A stretch of DNA of 64,000 bases from the human T2T-CHM13v2.0 reference genome, Homo sapiens, in NCBI RefSeq assembly GCF_009914755.1, contig NC_060926.1; one strand, written 5' to 3'. Each line of letters opens with the position of its first letter. The stretch's first letter is position 1. Positions 44,502 through 59,032 of the stretch are shown in pieces. Below the pieces are notes generated by a model, which did no database searches, was not told the origin of the DNA, and saw nothing but the letters and a program-made list of their open reading frames with translations. The translations under genes and the position numbers were made by a program.

Positions 44502-46059
44502 GAATGCCTTAGGCTTCTGCGTGGAAAATGATGCCTTTCATTTAAGGAGGAGCAAGTGTCGGAGGGCCTCAAGCCTTGCATTTTGTCTTGGATAGTGGGC
44601 CAGATTGGAGGTGCCTTTGCAAAATTCATGTTAGTAGCTGTGTAAGCAGCTGTATACTGAGGTTTAAAGCTCAGAGGAGGAGTCTGGGCTGGAGAGTAAA
44701 AGATATGGTAAGTCATCTGCATAAAAATGGTCACTGCATTTTAAAACAGCTTCTAGGTGCAGGTTCATTCAATGCTATGGCCTTCAGCAGGGGTTGGGAG
44801 CATTGAGGAGGATAAAGCCTGGCTCATTTCCTTGCACAAAATACAGCCAACCCAGGGAACTGCAATATCATTTGGAAGTTAAAGGATTTACCCAACAAAA
44901 TAATATCTTCAAATACTCCATTCCCTTCTCTGTGCTCAGACCAATTGGTTTCTTACAGTTGTACTGCCCACCACCTCACCCACCACCCTGGCTGTCCAGA
45001 CCCCTTGACCCCTAGTTAATCTCCTGCTGGAAATTCCTCCAGCAGCTTTTGTTTTCAAAGAGGCTGCACAGCGAATCTGAGAGCCAAAGGAAGCTCTGGA
45101 GGTGTGACACACCCAGCATCTCTCTGCAATGGAGACACCTCCATCAGTGGCTACTCAGGACCCAACCTGAGGCTGCTGTGGGGTTGACAACACCAGCTCA
45201 TTTAATCCTCACTACCTCCTGGGAGACCAGGGTTATCCCCATCTGAGAGACAGGAGCCCTGCTCAGTGATACAGTAGAACCCAGCGTCTATGAAGGGAGA
45301 TGGCATGAGTGAGTCGCCAGGGAAATGGGCCAGCACAGCCAGTCTGCAGGGAAATATGAAACGCCCAAATATATATCTTCGGCCTTGGTTCTGCTTTCAA
45401 AAGGAATGTTTTTGCTCTCATTTTCAAAGGGAATTTTTTAGAATTCTTTGCTGTAAAGCTTGTAAGCACTTTACCCAGGAATGCAGGGTCCTTGTTACCC
45501 AAATACGTTGGCACCAAAAAAATAGTCCACTAAAGGTAAATCTACTTAAAGCAGGAACTGTAATCCATAGGCAACAGTGGGGAGAAAAGCTTATATTTAG
45601 ACTTTATTTTGAAAAATAAAATAAAAAACTATGAAAGCATTTCATCTTATGTTCAATAAAAGCTGGTTTATAATTATAATGATCCTTTACTCTGTTTGGG
45701 GGTTTTCCTTTTTATTATGAAAACTTCAAGCAGAACAGAAAAGAGAATGAACCTAGATTTCACAGTTATTAACATTTTTCTCCATTTACTTTTTTTGGCT
45801 AAAGTATTTTAAGGTAAATTACAAGTGTTATGACTCTTCAATATGAATCATTTCAAAAAAATGACATTTACCTACATAAACACATAGCCATTATCACAGA
45901 TAAGATAATCAACAAAAAAGTTCCCCAATATCATCTAATACCCAAACCACATTTAAATTTCCCCCAGTTAGTCCCCAAAAGGTCATATAGTTGGTTTGTT
46001 CAAACATAGAACCAATCAAGAACCACTCATTGCATGGAGCTGCTATGACTTCTAGGCAA

Positions 46060-46354
<295 letters not shown>

Positions 46355-46739
46355 TAATCCACTGCCCAATATGGTAGATGCTTCCCACATGCCACTGTCT
46401 AAAGTCATTGATTATCAATAAATAATAAATAAATAGCATTTAAAATGCAGCTCCTCAGACTCACAGCCACACTTCCAGTGCTCACTGGTAGCACTTAGAT
46501 GATAGAGTATTTCTGTCACCACAGAAAATTCTACTGGACAGTGCTGATCTGGAACATTCCCCTGGCCCTAGGGGGTACTACATGGGGTACTACATAACAT
46601 TGACCTGGTGAAGACATCAGGCCAGTTGTTATGAAGAATGTCCCCTTCTGGATTTGTCTGATTCTTTCTTCACAGTGTCATTTAATTTGTTCCTCTACCT
46701 GTATTTCCTTTCAACTCCAAGTTAGAGCTCATGAGTTGA

Positions 46740-47207
<468 letters not shown>

Positions 47208-47669
47208 CAAATTGTTCCATTCTGATGTGCCTATTCCACAGAGGATTTCACCAAAGTCACATTTAACCGCTTCAGAAAACTTTGCACCTTCTACAAGACC
47301 CTAATTTAGCTCAACAGTATATTTGTACCATGTGAGATTATCAGCGCACGGCAGGGCAGATAACTGGTGGCCGGGGAACACTCCGCACAGCAGTGAGTGG
47401 CTTGAGGGGGCCTGGGGTCATACATGAAGAGCCAGCAGGGGGCATTCTCATCTGATGGCAACCGCGGTTGCCTCATGCACGCTCATAACTGCGGGCTCTC
47501 GGAATTTTTTTAAATGCCTCATTTAAGGACTTCTGATAAACAAAAGTTAAATTTTAAAAAATAAACTGTGGGAGGATTTTTTATTATTTACTTGAGTTTT
47601 TCATTTTCAAATATTATTTAAATGACTGAAATGGTAAGAAAAACAGTCTCAATGAAGGTTTAAAACAGT

Positions 47670-49045
47670 ACACAGGACTGACTGATTAAATAAACTATCC
47701 TTCATCCACACAATGGAATATGGAGCAGCTGTAATTAGGAATGAGAAGTGTCTCTATATACTGATATGGGGAAAAATAAATAAGCAAAGGAAAGAAGCAA
47801 ACAGTAATATTTATCATTGGTAATTTTTAGGTAAGTGATGGGGAAGTAGATGACAGAGAGGTAGCTAGATAGTAGAGCATTAGTCAGCTGGGACTACCAC
47901 AACAAAACACCATACACTGGGTAACCTAAACAACAAGAATTTATTTCTCACACTCCAGGAAGCTGAAAGTCCAAGATCAAGCTGCCAGTGGATTCTGTTC
48001 CTGGATGAGGGCTCTCTCCCTGGCTTGCAGACAGCTCACTGTGCCCTCGCATGGTGAAGAGAGAGAACAAGCAGGCTCTCTGGTGTCCCTTCTTATAAGG
48101 ACACTAATCCCAACATGAGGGCCCCACCCTTATGACCTCATCTAACCCCAATCACCTCCTGAAGGCCCCACCTCCTAATACCATCACACTGGGGCTTAGC
48201 ACCTCAACATATCAATTTTGGGGAAATACAATTCAGTTCACAGTGCATAGATAGATATTAATTGATATTATCAAAAGAAACCATGGGCAGATAAACCCAA
48301 AACCAAACTGTTTTAATGGTTATCTATTGGGAAGAAAAAGAAACAGGGTGAACGGGAAGTTACAGAAGCAAGATTTCTGTGACTGTAACTGGATAAATAG
48401 AGAGTTTGGGAGGACGATAAGTGTTTTATGTGATTTTTAAAAATTAAAGTAAACTGAAATGAATGAGTCTTCCTGCATATAAAGTGTGTGGCATAACCAC
48501 ATAAAGCAAACAATTACTTAAAGTGGCTTTAAAACGCAGCATTTTGACTATACATCCCAAGTGAGAGATATGCTATGGACAATAAAAAAAAGGAAAAGAA
48601 AAAAGGAAAGAAATCATAAATGGCATTCAGTAGCCATATATTAGTATTGACATTTTTATTAAATTACTATGTTTCCATCATTAGGAACCATAATTTTCAG
48701 TATAAAAATGACATAGCATAAAATCAAGGAAGTTTAAGTAAAAATCTTGTAATCTTAAAAGTGAATTGGAAATTGCAGTATGAACTCACATTGTGTTTTA
48801 CTCTTTAAAAAATACATATTTTCTAGTTCTGTCCACTGAAAAGACCCAGAAGCAATGAAAACCCAGTAACAATGAGCACACTTCCACGGCTGAACTCTCT
48901 AGATAACATTTACCAATGAAATTGGCTGATTCTAAGTCTAGGGCAAAAAATGTACAAAAGGAGACTGGATACAAGTCTCTTATTGTACCAGAAAGTGAAG
49001 GAGAAATCAAAGACTAATGAGGTCACGTTAAAGTGATACAGGACG
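47670..49045 (+). mobile_element. L1MC-type 3' region, resumes at about 51795; MLT1A-type LTR (-) at about 47878-48242
   Basis: tctgtccactgaaaagacccagaagcaatg; cccttcttataaggacactaatccc is MLT1A. Confidence 0.65.
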
Positions 49046-49083
49046 ACACAGGGCCTGCCTGCAGCAGCTGGTCAATAATGAAG

Positions 49084-49093
49084 GGATTAATCC
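49084..49093. promoter_or_regulatory. Palindromic K50 homeodomain site GGATTAATCC
   Basis: TAATCC on both strands, 135 bp upstream of the pseudogene ATG; function untested. Confidence 0.3.
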
Positions 49094-49227
49094 ATGACTG
49101 CAAGACTCGTGGGAAGGAGGGAGTGGGGACTGCAGGGAGGGTCCTAGTAAAAGCAGGGTGGGCCTCGATGAGCACAGCATGGACAGTGCGATTTAAATCC
49201 CATCGCTTGTGGGCAGGAGGAGTGAGG

Positions 49228-49885
49228 ATGCCAGAACCTAGTTATCCCCCACCATCCCACGCTCTCCCAGGAGGCGGCGGCAGGAAGTGCAGTCTACAGT
49301 AAGGGAAAGCCGCCGGAGCTGGAGACAGGCTGGAAAGAGCAGGTAACAGCCCACAAGGAGCGGGGGCCCTGGCTGTCAGACTCAACTTGCAGGACCATCA
49401 AGTGCAGGTGTGGTTCAAGAACCGGGGCCGCTTGCTCTGCGGTAGCAACGGCACATAACCGCAGCGATGACCAGGGCAGCCAAGCCAGCAGCCGGGACCC
49501 CGGGATGCTCTTGGCACATGATCCGACTCCCCTGCCTTTGCGGGTCCTGTACTCCCGCGAGGTCCAGGATTGTGCAGCCCCTCCCCAACCGGCCGTTGGG
49601 AATCTTCGCAGCAGCAGAACCCGCTGCCTCCAGGTCCGACCAGACCTGCATAGGTAGAGAGTCCCCGCACAGGGCGGCCAGCAGAGCTACCCAGCTGCCC
49701 CAGGGCCTCGGGACCCCTGGGCCTGGGACCCAGGCCAGACCCTGACTCATTCGGTGATCTCACAGGACTCCTCCCACCCCAAGACCCTTTCAGGGACCCT
49801 GCCTCGAACTCCACGACATGGGAGGCAGGGGCGGGCCTTTTGCAGGGGAAGGACTCCCCCAGCAGGACGTTTACTGAATCTGGAG
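49228..49885 (+). pseudogene. Intronless, frameshifted TPRX-like homeobox pseudogene
   Basis: MPEPSYPPPSHAL / PRRRRQE / AVYSKGKPPELE / ALAVRLNLQDHQVQVWFKNR (WFKNR 49411-49425) / GIFAAAEP / DLTGLLPPQDP / GRLLNL, colinear with TPRX1 as recalled; several frameshifts and stops. Confidence 0.85.
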
Positions 49886-50345
49886 GGAGTCGCCCTGCAG
49901 ATATCCCGCGGAAGCCGGAGGAGACCCAGGTGCGCCCCACCGGCTAGCTGCGCCTGCGGGTGCCCAAATTGGTGTCCGGGCCATCCTCACCGCAGTGACT
50001 CCTCCGCAGCGCCAACGCACTCCATTTTCCTTCCACCCTGCCGGTGGGGGGCGTTTGCTTGTTCTCACTCTGCAGCCGCAGCCAGTGGCGCCGCTACCAA
50101 GGTCCCCGCCTCGCCATCCGGGTCCTGCCTGAGCATCCTTATTGGTGCTCAGGGCTAGGCGTGCATTGCTGCTAGGGGCGCGGAAAGGTTTATCGTGGGT
50201 GGATGCTGCCCGGGGCTTGAGTGGTTTTTAGAGGTCTTGAGTGGCTCACTCTCCAATCAGCGCTTTCTAGAGACAGCGTGGTCAGCGTACTTGCTTACTT
50301 TCAGGATTGCGAGACGTCTTTAACCCTTGCTGATCGGCTGACGCT
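49270..50345. promoter_or_regulatory. CpG-island-like segment over the pseudogene and its 3' UTR
   Basis: Visibly high GC and CpG density compared with the AT-rich L1 flanks (not computed). Confidence 0.6.
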
Positions 50346-50597
50346 GCAGCTTCCTGTGGCTTCCTGCTCATTTCCCGCAAGATAGCACTGATAGGGTATT
50401 GGAAATCCTTATGTAAAGTATCTGTTCACTGTTTTTGCCCATTTTCTTGATTTATTTGAACTGATTCTTCTATTCTTTTGAAGTTAATGTGTTGCAATTT
50501 TCACATCTATGTTGTTTTTTCATTAGTGGCATTTCTCAACTCCTTGATTTCTTGAATTTCATGTTGTCTATTTCAGTATGTATTAAATTATCTGTGA

Positions 50598-51038
<441 letters not shown>

Positions 51039-51794
51039 TAGAGTAAGCAGACATCAAATACATTGAGGCAGGGAGGCAGGCAGGCAGGCAGGCAGGAAGG
51101 GAAGGAAAATACACTGTCAAATTGACATAAAAGTTTCTGAAAGTTGAGTTTTCAATGCATTTACTTGCCCAGTCACGAACTGAAAACAGAGTGTGCAGAT
51201 GGCACTGGTCTCAGGTCTCTCAATACAACTTTAAAAATACCTCAGTTTATCTTATTTTCCCGTTCTAGAGTTAATAATACTTTTTATCTTTCTTGTTTAA
51301 GAAATTTTTCACTATTAAAAGATAGTAAAAAAAAACAAAATATCAAAGATACTAAAAGATATCAAAGATATTCAGCTTTTTTCCCTAAAATCTTTAGCTT
51401 TACCTTCCATATTAAAGCCTTTAATACATCTAGAATAGATTATGGCGTGAGTTGGGATTCCAGTTTTTTTCCCATGGATTTCTATTGTCAATTTATTGAG
51501 AAGCTTGTAATTTACAAGATCATAAACCAAAGGTCTATTAATGTATGGGTCTGTATCAGAAGCCTATATTTTGAGTCAATCATCTGTATGTCTATGATCA
51601 AAAACATGCTGCTTAATTACCATAGCTTTGAAATAGGTCTTGATGTGTGGTGATTCAATTCTCCCACCTTATTCTTTTAAAATGTGGCTTGGCTTGGCCT
51701 TTTGCATTTCCGTATACATTTTTGAATGCATATATGTATACACACACACACACACACAGACAGACATATACATACTACACACACACACACGATT

Positions 51795-52960
51795 CAATTT
51801 GAAAGGGCTCCCACTGCCCTAAGATGGGATCATTGAGCACCAAAAAGTCAAGTGATTGAAATGGAATGAAGCATAACAAATATATAAAACTCCGTGAGTT
51901 ATAATAACATTTCTAAAACTCTTTGGTCATCACTGGAATTTGTTAGGACATTAACACATTACTCTAAAATTGGTGAAGGGACAAAAATCAAGCATTCATT
52001 CTGTCCTCCTCTTCAAAATTATATTTTAGAGGGGCCAAAGAGTTGATAAGGTAAAAATTTTTTTAAGAGACAGGGTCCCACTGTGTTGCCCAGGCTGGCC
52101 CAGGACTCCTGGGCTCAAGGGATCCTCCTATCTCAACCTCCCAAGTAGCTGGGACTACAGGCGTGCACCACCACACCAGCCAATTAGGTAAACTTGATGA
52201 AGAAGCTTGCAGTGGGGGGACAGGTGGACCCCCACTTGAACCTACTAATCAATCTTATCATCACTAAAAGTAGAACAAATATGATGAGTCTCACTGATGG
52301 GACCCATTAGAAAGTGACAGCGCCACCTAGGAAGTGTTCTTGCCTTAAAAAGTGAACCTAAATCTAATCAAGTCTCTGGATCTAACCACCAATTTATAGG
52401 AAATATGAGGCACAGCAGAATAAGTATTAAAAGCCCTCTAGGCTGCAATCAGCAAAATCCAGGATAAGGGCCATTCTACAGATCCAATGAACCAGTTTCT
52501 CCAGGGAACCAGTGGCATCTACAAATAATAAAGAATAAAGCAAAAAGAACAAAGGATATTTAAGATATACCAAACAATGTATGGGTCTTGTTTGGATCTT
52601 GATTGAGACAAAATAACTCTGAAAGACCTTTTTGAGAATTTGAACGTTAATTGTGTACTAGATGATATTAAGAAACGAATTTAATGTTGATAGGTGTGAT
52701 AATGTGTGGTGGTCTTGTTTTTTAAATGCTCTAGTTAATTAAAGATACATACTGTGGTATTTACAAGCAAAGTGGCATACTGTCTGGGATTTACTTGAAA
52801 AGACTCCAGTTTAAAAAAAATAATGTGAGAGAAGAGGTAGGTCAAGTAAAGATGACAAAATGTTCATAATTATTGAAATTGGGGAATATGTACATGAGGT
52901 TCTTCATTACATTATCCTCTTTTGTATATGTTTTAAATGTCCCATATTAAAAGTCTTTTA
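51795..52960 (+). mobile_element. L1MC-type 3' region with an antisense Alu monomer (52058-52180)
   Basis: tttgaaagggctcccactgcc, gaacctaaatctaatcaag, tagatgatattaag. Confidence 0.65.
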
Positions 52961-52990
52961 TTGTTTTTAAATTTTAAAATCTATAATTTC

Positions 52991-53491
52991 TTTTTTTTAT
53001 TTTACTTTAACTTCTGGATACATGTGCAGAATGTGCAGGTTTGTTACATAGGTATACATCTGCCATAGTGGTTTGCGGCACCTATCAACCCGTCATCTAG
53101 GTTTTAAGCCCCACATGCATTAGGTATTTGTCCAAATGCTATCCCTCCCCTTGCCTCCCACCCCCTGACAGGCCCCAGTATGTGATGTTCCCCTCCCTGT
53201 GTCTGTGTGTTCTCATTGTTCAACTCCCATTTATGAGTGAGAACATGCTGTGTTTGGTTTTCTGTTCCTGTGTTAGTTTCCTGAGAATGATGGCTTCCAG
53301 CTTTATCCATGTCCCAGCAAAGGACAGGAACTCATCCTTTTTTATGGCTGCATAGTATTCCATGGTGTATATGTGCCATATTTTCTTTATCTAGTCTATC
53401 ACTGATGAGCATTTGGATTGGTTCCAAGGCTTTGCTACTGTGAATAGTTGTGCAATAAATATACGTGTGCATGTGTCTTTATAGTAGAATG
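52991..53491 (-). mobile_element. L1PA 3' end
   Basis: gtgcaggtttgttacataggtatac; TSD aaaatctataatttc / aaagtctgtaatttc. Confidence 0.9.
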
Positions 53492-53499
53492 AAAGTCTG

Positions 53500-55340
53500 T
53501 AATTTCAAAAGGCAAATAAGATACTAGGACAAATATTTGTATTTTATGTGATAATCACAGGTTAATGTACATTCTAGATATAGAGTTCTTATGAAAATGT
53601 TAAGATACAAGTGAACACTCTGAGAGAAAGATGGGTTAAGAACCTGAAAAGACAATTTACCAAATCACAAATCACTAATAAACTTTAAAAAATTAAAGAG
53701 AGTCACTAATTATTAAAGGAATCAAATCAAAGGAGTGACAAAATATTATTTTTAGATCATTGCAGTGTAATGAGAAATAAGCACTCACACATTGCTGGCT
53801 GGCTTGTTCACTTTCTGTAAGCTTTTTGGTGGATAATTTGGCAATGTGTATCAAAAACCTTTAAAAAGATGTACTCTGGGCTCCTTGGAGAAATGGCTGG
53901 ATCTAGAACTGAGGCAAGAAATATGTTTCCTGGAGCATCTTATAGTGCCAGAAAGTAAGAAAATATATATATATCCCACAATGATGGGGGCCTGGCAAGG
54001 GACGAAAGAGTCAATTGAAAGAGCTCCCATTGTGAAAGCTGGAACAATTTAAGCCAAAAAAAAAGAAAAAAAAAAAGCATTCAGTTATAACCCAGAGTAT
54101 AAGATCAATAACCCTGGGTCCATTCTGATATAAATGAACAATTGAATACATAAATAAATGAGAGATAACAGAGAAACATCACGCAGACACATTCCAAAAA
54201 GTTTGCGTAATACCTCTGCCTCAAGAAGACGGAACATTAAGTTCCCACCCCATAAGTGTGAGTGTGCGTAGTGACTTCCTTCTAGAGAGCACAAGGTGGA
54301 AAGGGGTAGAGAGGGAAAAACTAAACACTATCTCAACCAGGTGACCAAGGTCAACACCAACAGTAAAAAGCCATGTTGACACTATGCACCCTTGATAGAA
54401 GGGAAGAAAATGTCACTTTGCCTCAGTGGTCTTCAATCCCAAAACACCAAACCCTAACCTAACCATGAGAAAAAACACCAAACAAATCCCACTTGAGGAA
54501 CATTCTGTAAAATGACCTGACCCTTCAACACTATCAAAGTCGTCAAAAGCAAGAGAAGTCTGAGAAACTATCACAGCCCAGAGAAGCTAAGGAAAAGTGA
54601 TGACCACACATAGTATGGGATCCTGGATGGGGTCCTGGGACAGAAAAGGGGCATTAAGGAAAAACTAAGGAAATCTGAATAAAGTATGGATTTCAGTTAA
54701 TGATAATGTATCAGGGCCCAGCACAGTGGCTCACGCCTGTAATCCCAGCACTTTGAGAGGCCAAGGCAGGCAGATTGCTTGGGTCCAGGAGTTCGAGACC
54801 AGCCTGGACAATATGGTGAAACCCCATGTCTATAAAAAATATAAAAATTAGCCAGTCATGGTGACACAGGTATGTAGCCCCAGCTACTCAGGAGGCTGAA
54901 GTGGGAGAACCACTTGAGCCGAGGAGGCAGAGATTGCAGTGAGCCAAGATCGCACCACTGCCCTCCAGCCTGGGCAACAGAGCAAGACCTGGTGTCAAAT
55001 AAATAAATAACGTATCAGTATAGGCTCATTAATTGTAACAAATGAATCCTACTAATATAAGATGTACATAAGAGAAGAAACTGGATGCAGGTTATATGGG
55101 ACTGCTCCCATACCATCTTCATAATTTTCCTACAGATCTCAAAGTGTTCTAAAATAAAATGGTTACATTTTTTAAATGTATGCCCTTTGTTCCAGCAATT
55201 CCATTTTGGAAAATTTATCCTGAGGAAATAAATAAAGATGTAAACAGAGAATAACTTACAGATGTGACGTTTGTGATCGTTAAAACTGGAAACAGCGCAA
55301 GAGTGGACGATAGGGGATGAGAGAGCCACACAGCGCATAG
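53500..55340 (+). mobile_element. Old L1 (L1ME/MC/MD) 3' fragments with an Alu at 54714-55010
   Basis: gggatcctggatggggtcctgggacagaaaag, ccagcaattccattttgg. Confidence 0.7.
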
Positions 55341-55738
55341 AAGATGATCAGTCTGAAGAGAGGGTTTTCAGACATGCAATTAACTGCTATTCACTGTACT
55401 TCATTTTAACTGCAAACTAGCAGGTAAGTGTTAATCCATATTTTAAAATATACAGTAAAATATAGATAAATGGACCTCAAAGAACATAGAGGAGATATTT
55501 ACCGAGGCTGTCCTCACTTGGGGCATTTTCTGGTTTTCCTGGAAGGAGCAAGCTGAAATGTACAGGAAGGAAATAGACTAGTCAACTTGAGTGAGTGTGC
55601 TCACAGCTCACATCGATTCTCATTGGTCAGTGCTGGAGCTTGATTGTCGCTGCCTGTGCTGTTTTGGTTGTTGAGAACTTTTAAAATCACTTCTGCAAGA
55701 AGGAAAAAAGCATATTCATTTTTAAAAAATCATTATAG

Positions 55739-56053
<315 letters not shown>

Positions 56054-58537
56054 CAAGATAAAATTTTATTTGTGAATGTTCCGGGCAACTTCACAGAAAA
56101 ACTAGGGAAATAGAAAAACCAAGTGTACATTCCTACAGGAAGCCGCAAGCCTGTGTCCTCAGGCAATGTCCCCCTCCACTACCACCCCTCTCTGACCCCA
56201 CTCTCACCAACACTTTTAGTCTCTTTCCCCAGGAAAAAAGAGGTCAACTCGGAGGAGCCAGGGATTCAGCCCACTCTGGACAACACTCAGAGCCATGGCA
56301 CCTACCTGTATGAAAAAAAATTGTTAAGCAGCTGCCACTCCTAGTTACTGGCCTCTGCTCGGTGACTGATGCACTTCTAACATCCTTGTCCCAGGATAAA
56401 GACCTTGTAATGGAGAAAAAAGATGGCAGGGATCCTTTCCATGGAATTTCGGCTGTTGTCTAGTGGACCTTCCAGGAATTGTCTGATTCTATGGGAGTGC
56501 GCAACTTTGACTGTTCAGTTGGGCCAATTGGCAACACTGTAGAGACGGAAACTAACTTGTGGAGGGCTGAGGGTGATACAGACATTTTCTGTCCGTGGTA
56601 ATGCAAAAGGTGTTCATAGCAATGCAAATGGATTTTATCCAATGGGGGAGATAAATATTTGAACGGGCTCTCTTGTTAATTACTAGTTAATCAAAATATT
56701 TGACATGTATTCATTCTATATTTATAGGGGAGTCATGATTCTACCTTTTTGGAAATGACCCTCTAGCAGTTTTATTGGTCCTATGAGATACACAGTAGAT
56801 TCACCAGCCAGAGCCAGATGAGCTGCACAGTTGCCAAAGGGAACTTCAGATGCCACCAGAGCCTCAGCTCTGTCCTCCCTCACCTCCCAAGGTGACTTCC
56901 AAGCAGCCACAGAACTTTAATTTTACTTACTCTCTGTTTCTCTAGTTTTATTTTTCTAATCTTTACTGAATTTGTGTCTGTGGTTTTATTTCTGGTTTAT
57001 TCCTGACTATAAGTTATTCCCTATTCTTGACAACAGTGATTGAGAATTTGGTTTTTGGCCTGACCATTTAGTCATCTCTGTAGATGGATGACACAGATCT
57101 AATTCCTTTCAAGTGAGAGACAACAGGAAATCCGGTTTGTTGGTCCTTTCTTGTTTGTTTATTTTGAGCTCCAGTCAGTTAGAAATTTAGTGCCCGCTGC
57201 AAAGCACAGCTCTTTGAGACTTGGGATTGGTAAGAGGGTGTGTTGCTTACTTCTGGCCTGTGGCTGAATTTGCAGGGCCAAAGCCAAAATCTCTCCATAT
57301 GTCTGTCATCTGTGATCCATGTGTCTGCAAGTCTATAACTGAGAAAAGCCTTGATTCCGTGATATGTGAGTGTGAAATAAATTAATAAATTAGTTATGTC
57401 TCTTAAATCAAAGGAGCTCTGTTCTTACTAGTTTATAGGAAAAAAGGCACTTATATATCTTATATATCTCATATTTCTAGCTTCTAGTGCTTTCAATGTG
57501 TTAGGCTTTTTAAAATATCCTTCATACAGAAACTGCTACCTTAAATACATTTTATAAAACCAAGTTCCTGTAACTAAGGTAAATCTGTGGCAAGTCAAAC
57601 TAGCTTAATAATTTTGGTTTTTAAAAAACAGATTGGTCTTGTCTTTGATTTACAGTGTTAAGTATAATTCAATTGTGTATTTGATCAAATCTCTCATGAA
57701 GAGAATAATCTGGTCTTCTTAAATAGTTTATCAAAAAGATAACATTAGTCTAATACAATGTCACTATTATGAAAACTGAATATTGGTATTACTCTAAATT
57801 GAATCACTATTTAGACACATCCGTTACCTCAACCTATGTTTTGTAGTATAATTTATCCAATTAAATAAATGTCCAAGATCTTTAGATAACTTAGAACCTG
57901 GAATCTTCAGATAAATCAGAACCTGACCCTGAATGGAGTTAATTAATAGATAATCATCAGATACCTAGATAAACGAAGTAGGATATAACACTAAAACATG
58001 GATTGCTAAGCCTACTTTTAGGCTTATCCACTTTTGCTCCTTATTTTTATATTCTGCAGAAAGCCTGGATCTTTGAGTTGTGTTGATGGGCATATTCGTG
58101 TTTGCCACTTGAAGGAGTAAGAGGCCCGCGTGGATCTGGAGGCAAGTGGCTGTGCCCTCCTGCAATCTGCTCACCTGCAGAAATGCTCGCGTAGGGCAGC
58201 TCTCAATTTTCTGCCACCTCCTCAGCTTTTTCTGTGAAACAGAAGTTGGTTACTTTGGATGAAAATTATCTTTCATATAGGTGGTTGGTACACGAAGCAA
58301 TAGTGACAAATAAAACTCTGTGTGCGTGCTTCTGTTTTGTCATGCAATGAAAAGTAGTTTTGTTCCAGAATATGAATGAACACAGTGAATGAAGGTCTAA
58401 AGAAGTGAATGTTATTTGCCTTGGTTTATAATACCTGAGTCTGAAAAGAGACATGAAGTAACTTAGATCTTAGCAAAGTTTCCTCACTTTTGATGGGCTT
58501 GCCGCCTTGGCTTACTGGTCACCGCCTTCATCTACAG

Positions 58538-59032
58538 CAGGGGTCCCCAATCCCCGGGCTATGGTCCAGCAACAGTCCATGGCCTGTTAGGAACCGGGCC
58601 ACATAGCAGGAGATAAGCGGTGGTTACAGCTGCTCCCCATCACTCACAGTACTGCCTGAGCTCTGCCTTCTGTCACGGTGGCATGAGATTCTCACAGGAG
58701 TATGAACCCCTATTGTAAACTGTGCATGCAAGGCATCTAGGTTGTATGCTCCTTATGAGAATCTAATGCCTGACAATCTGTCACTCTCTCCCATCACCCC
58801 CAGATGGGACCATCTAGTTGCAGGAAAATAAGCTCAGGCCTCCACTGATTCTATATTATTGTGAGTTGTATAATTATTTCATTATATATTACAATGTAAT
58901 AATAATAGAAATAAAGTGTACAATAAATGTAATGTGCTTGAATCATCCAGAAACCATCCCCCCATCCCAGTCCGTGGAAAAAATGTCTTCCATGAAACCG
59001 GTTCCGGGCGCCAGAAAGGCTGGGGACCACTG
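58538..59032 (+). mobile_element. MER1A (hAT-Charlie)
   Basis: caggggtcccca...tggggaccactg TIRs; 8-bp TSD atctacag / acctgcag. Confidence 0.9.

Noticed and set aside
49228-49460. Functional homeobox gene or spliced exon (ctctcccag|gag at about 49270 resembles an acceptor)
   Set aside because: At least two frameshifts inside the homeobox, RRAK is disrupted and stops follow, so splicing at that site cannot rescue it.
49398-50158. ORFs of 180 aa (-) and 134 aa (+) over the CpG-rich region
   Set aside because: Antisense or off-frame shadows of the GC-rich TPRX pseudogene; only short stretches match the real frame.
51144-51653. 169-aa ORF
   Set aside because: AT-rich antisense L1 remnant with a non-ATG start.
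52361-52371. DUX4-like site AAATCTAATCA near the TPRX copy
   Set aside because: Mismatches the TAA start of the motif and lies in L1MC sequence.
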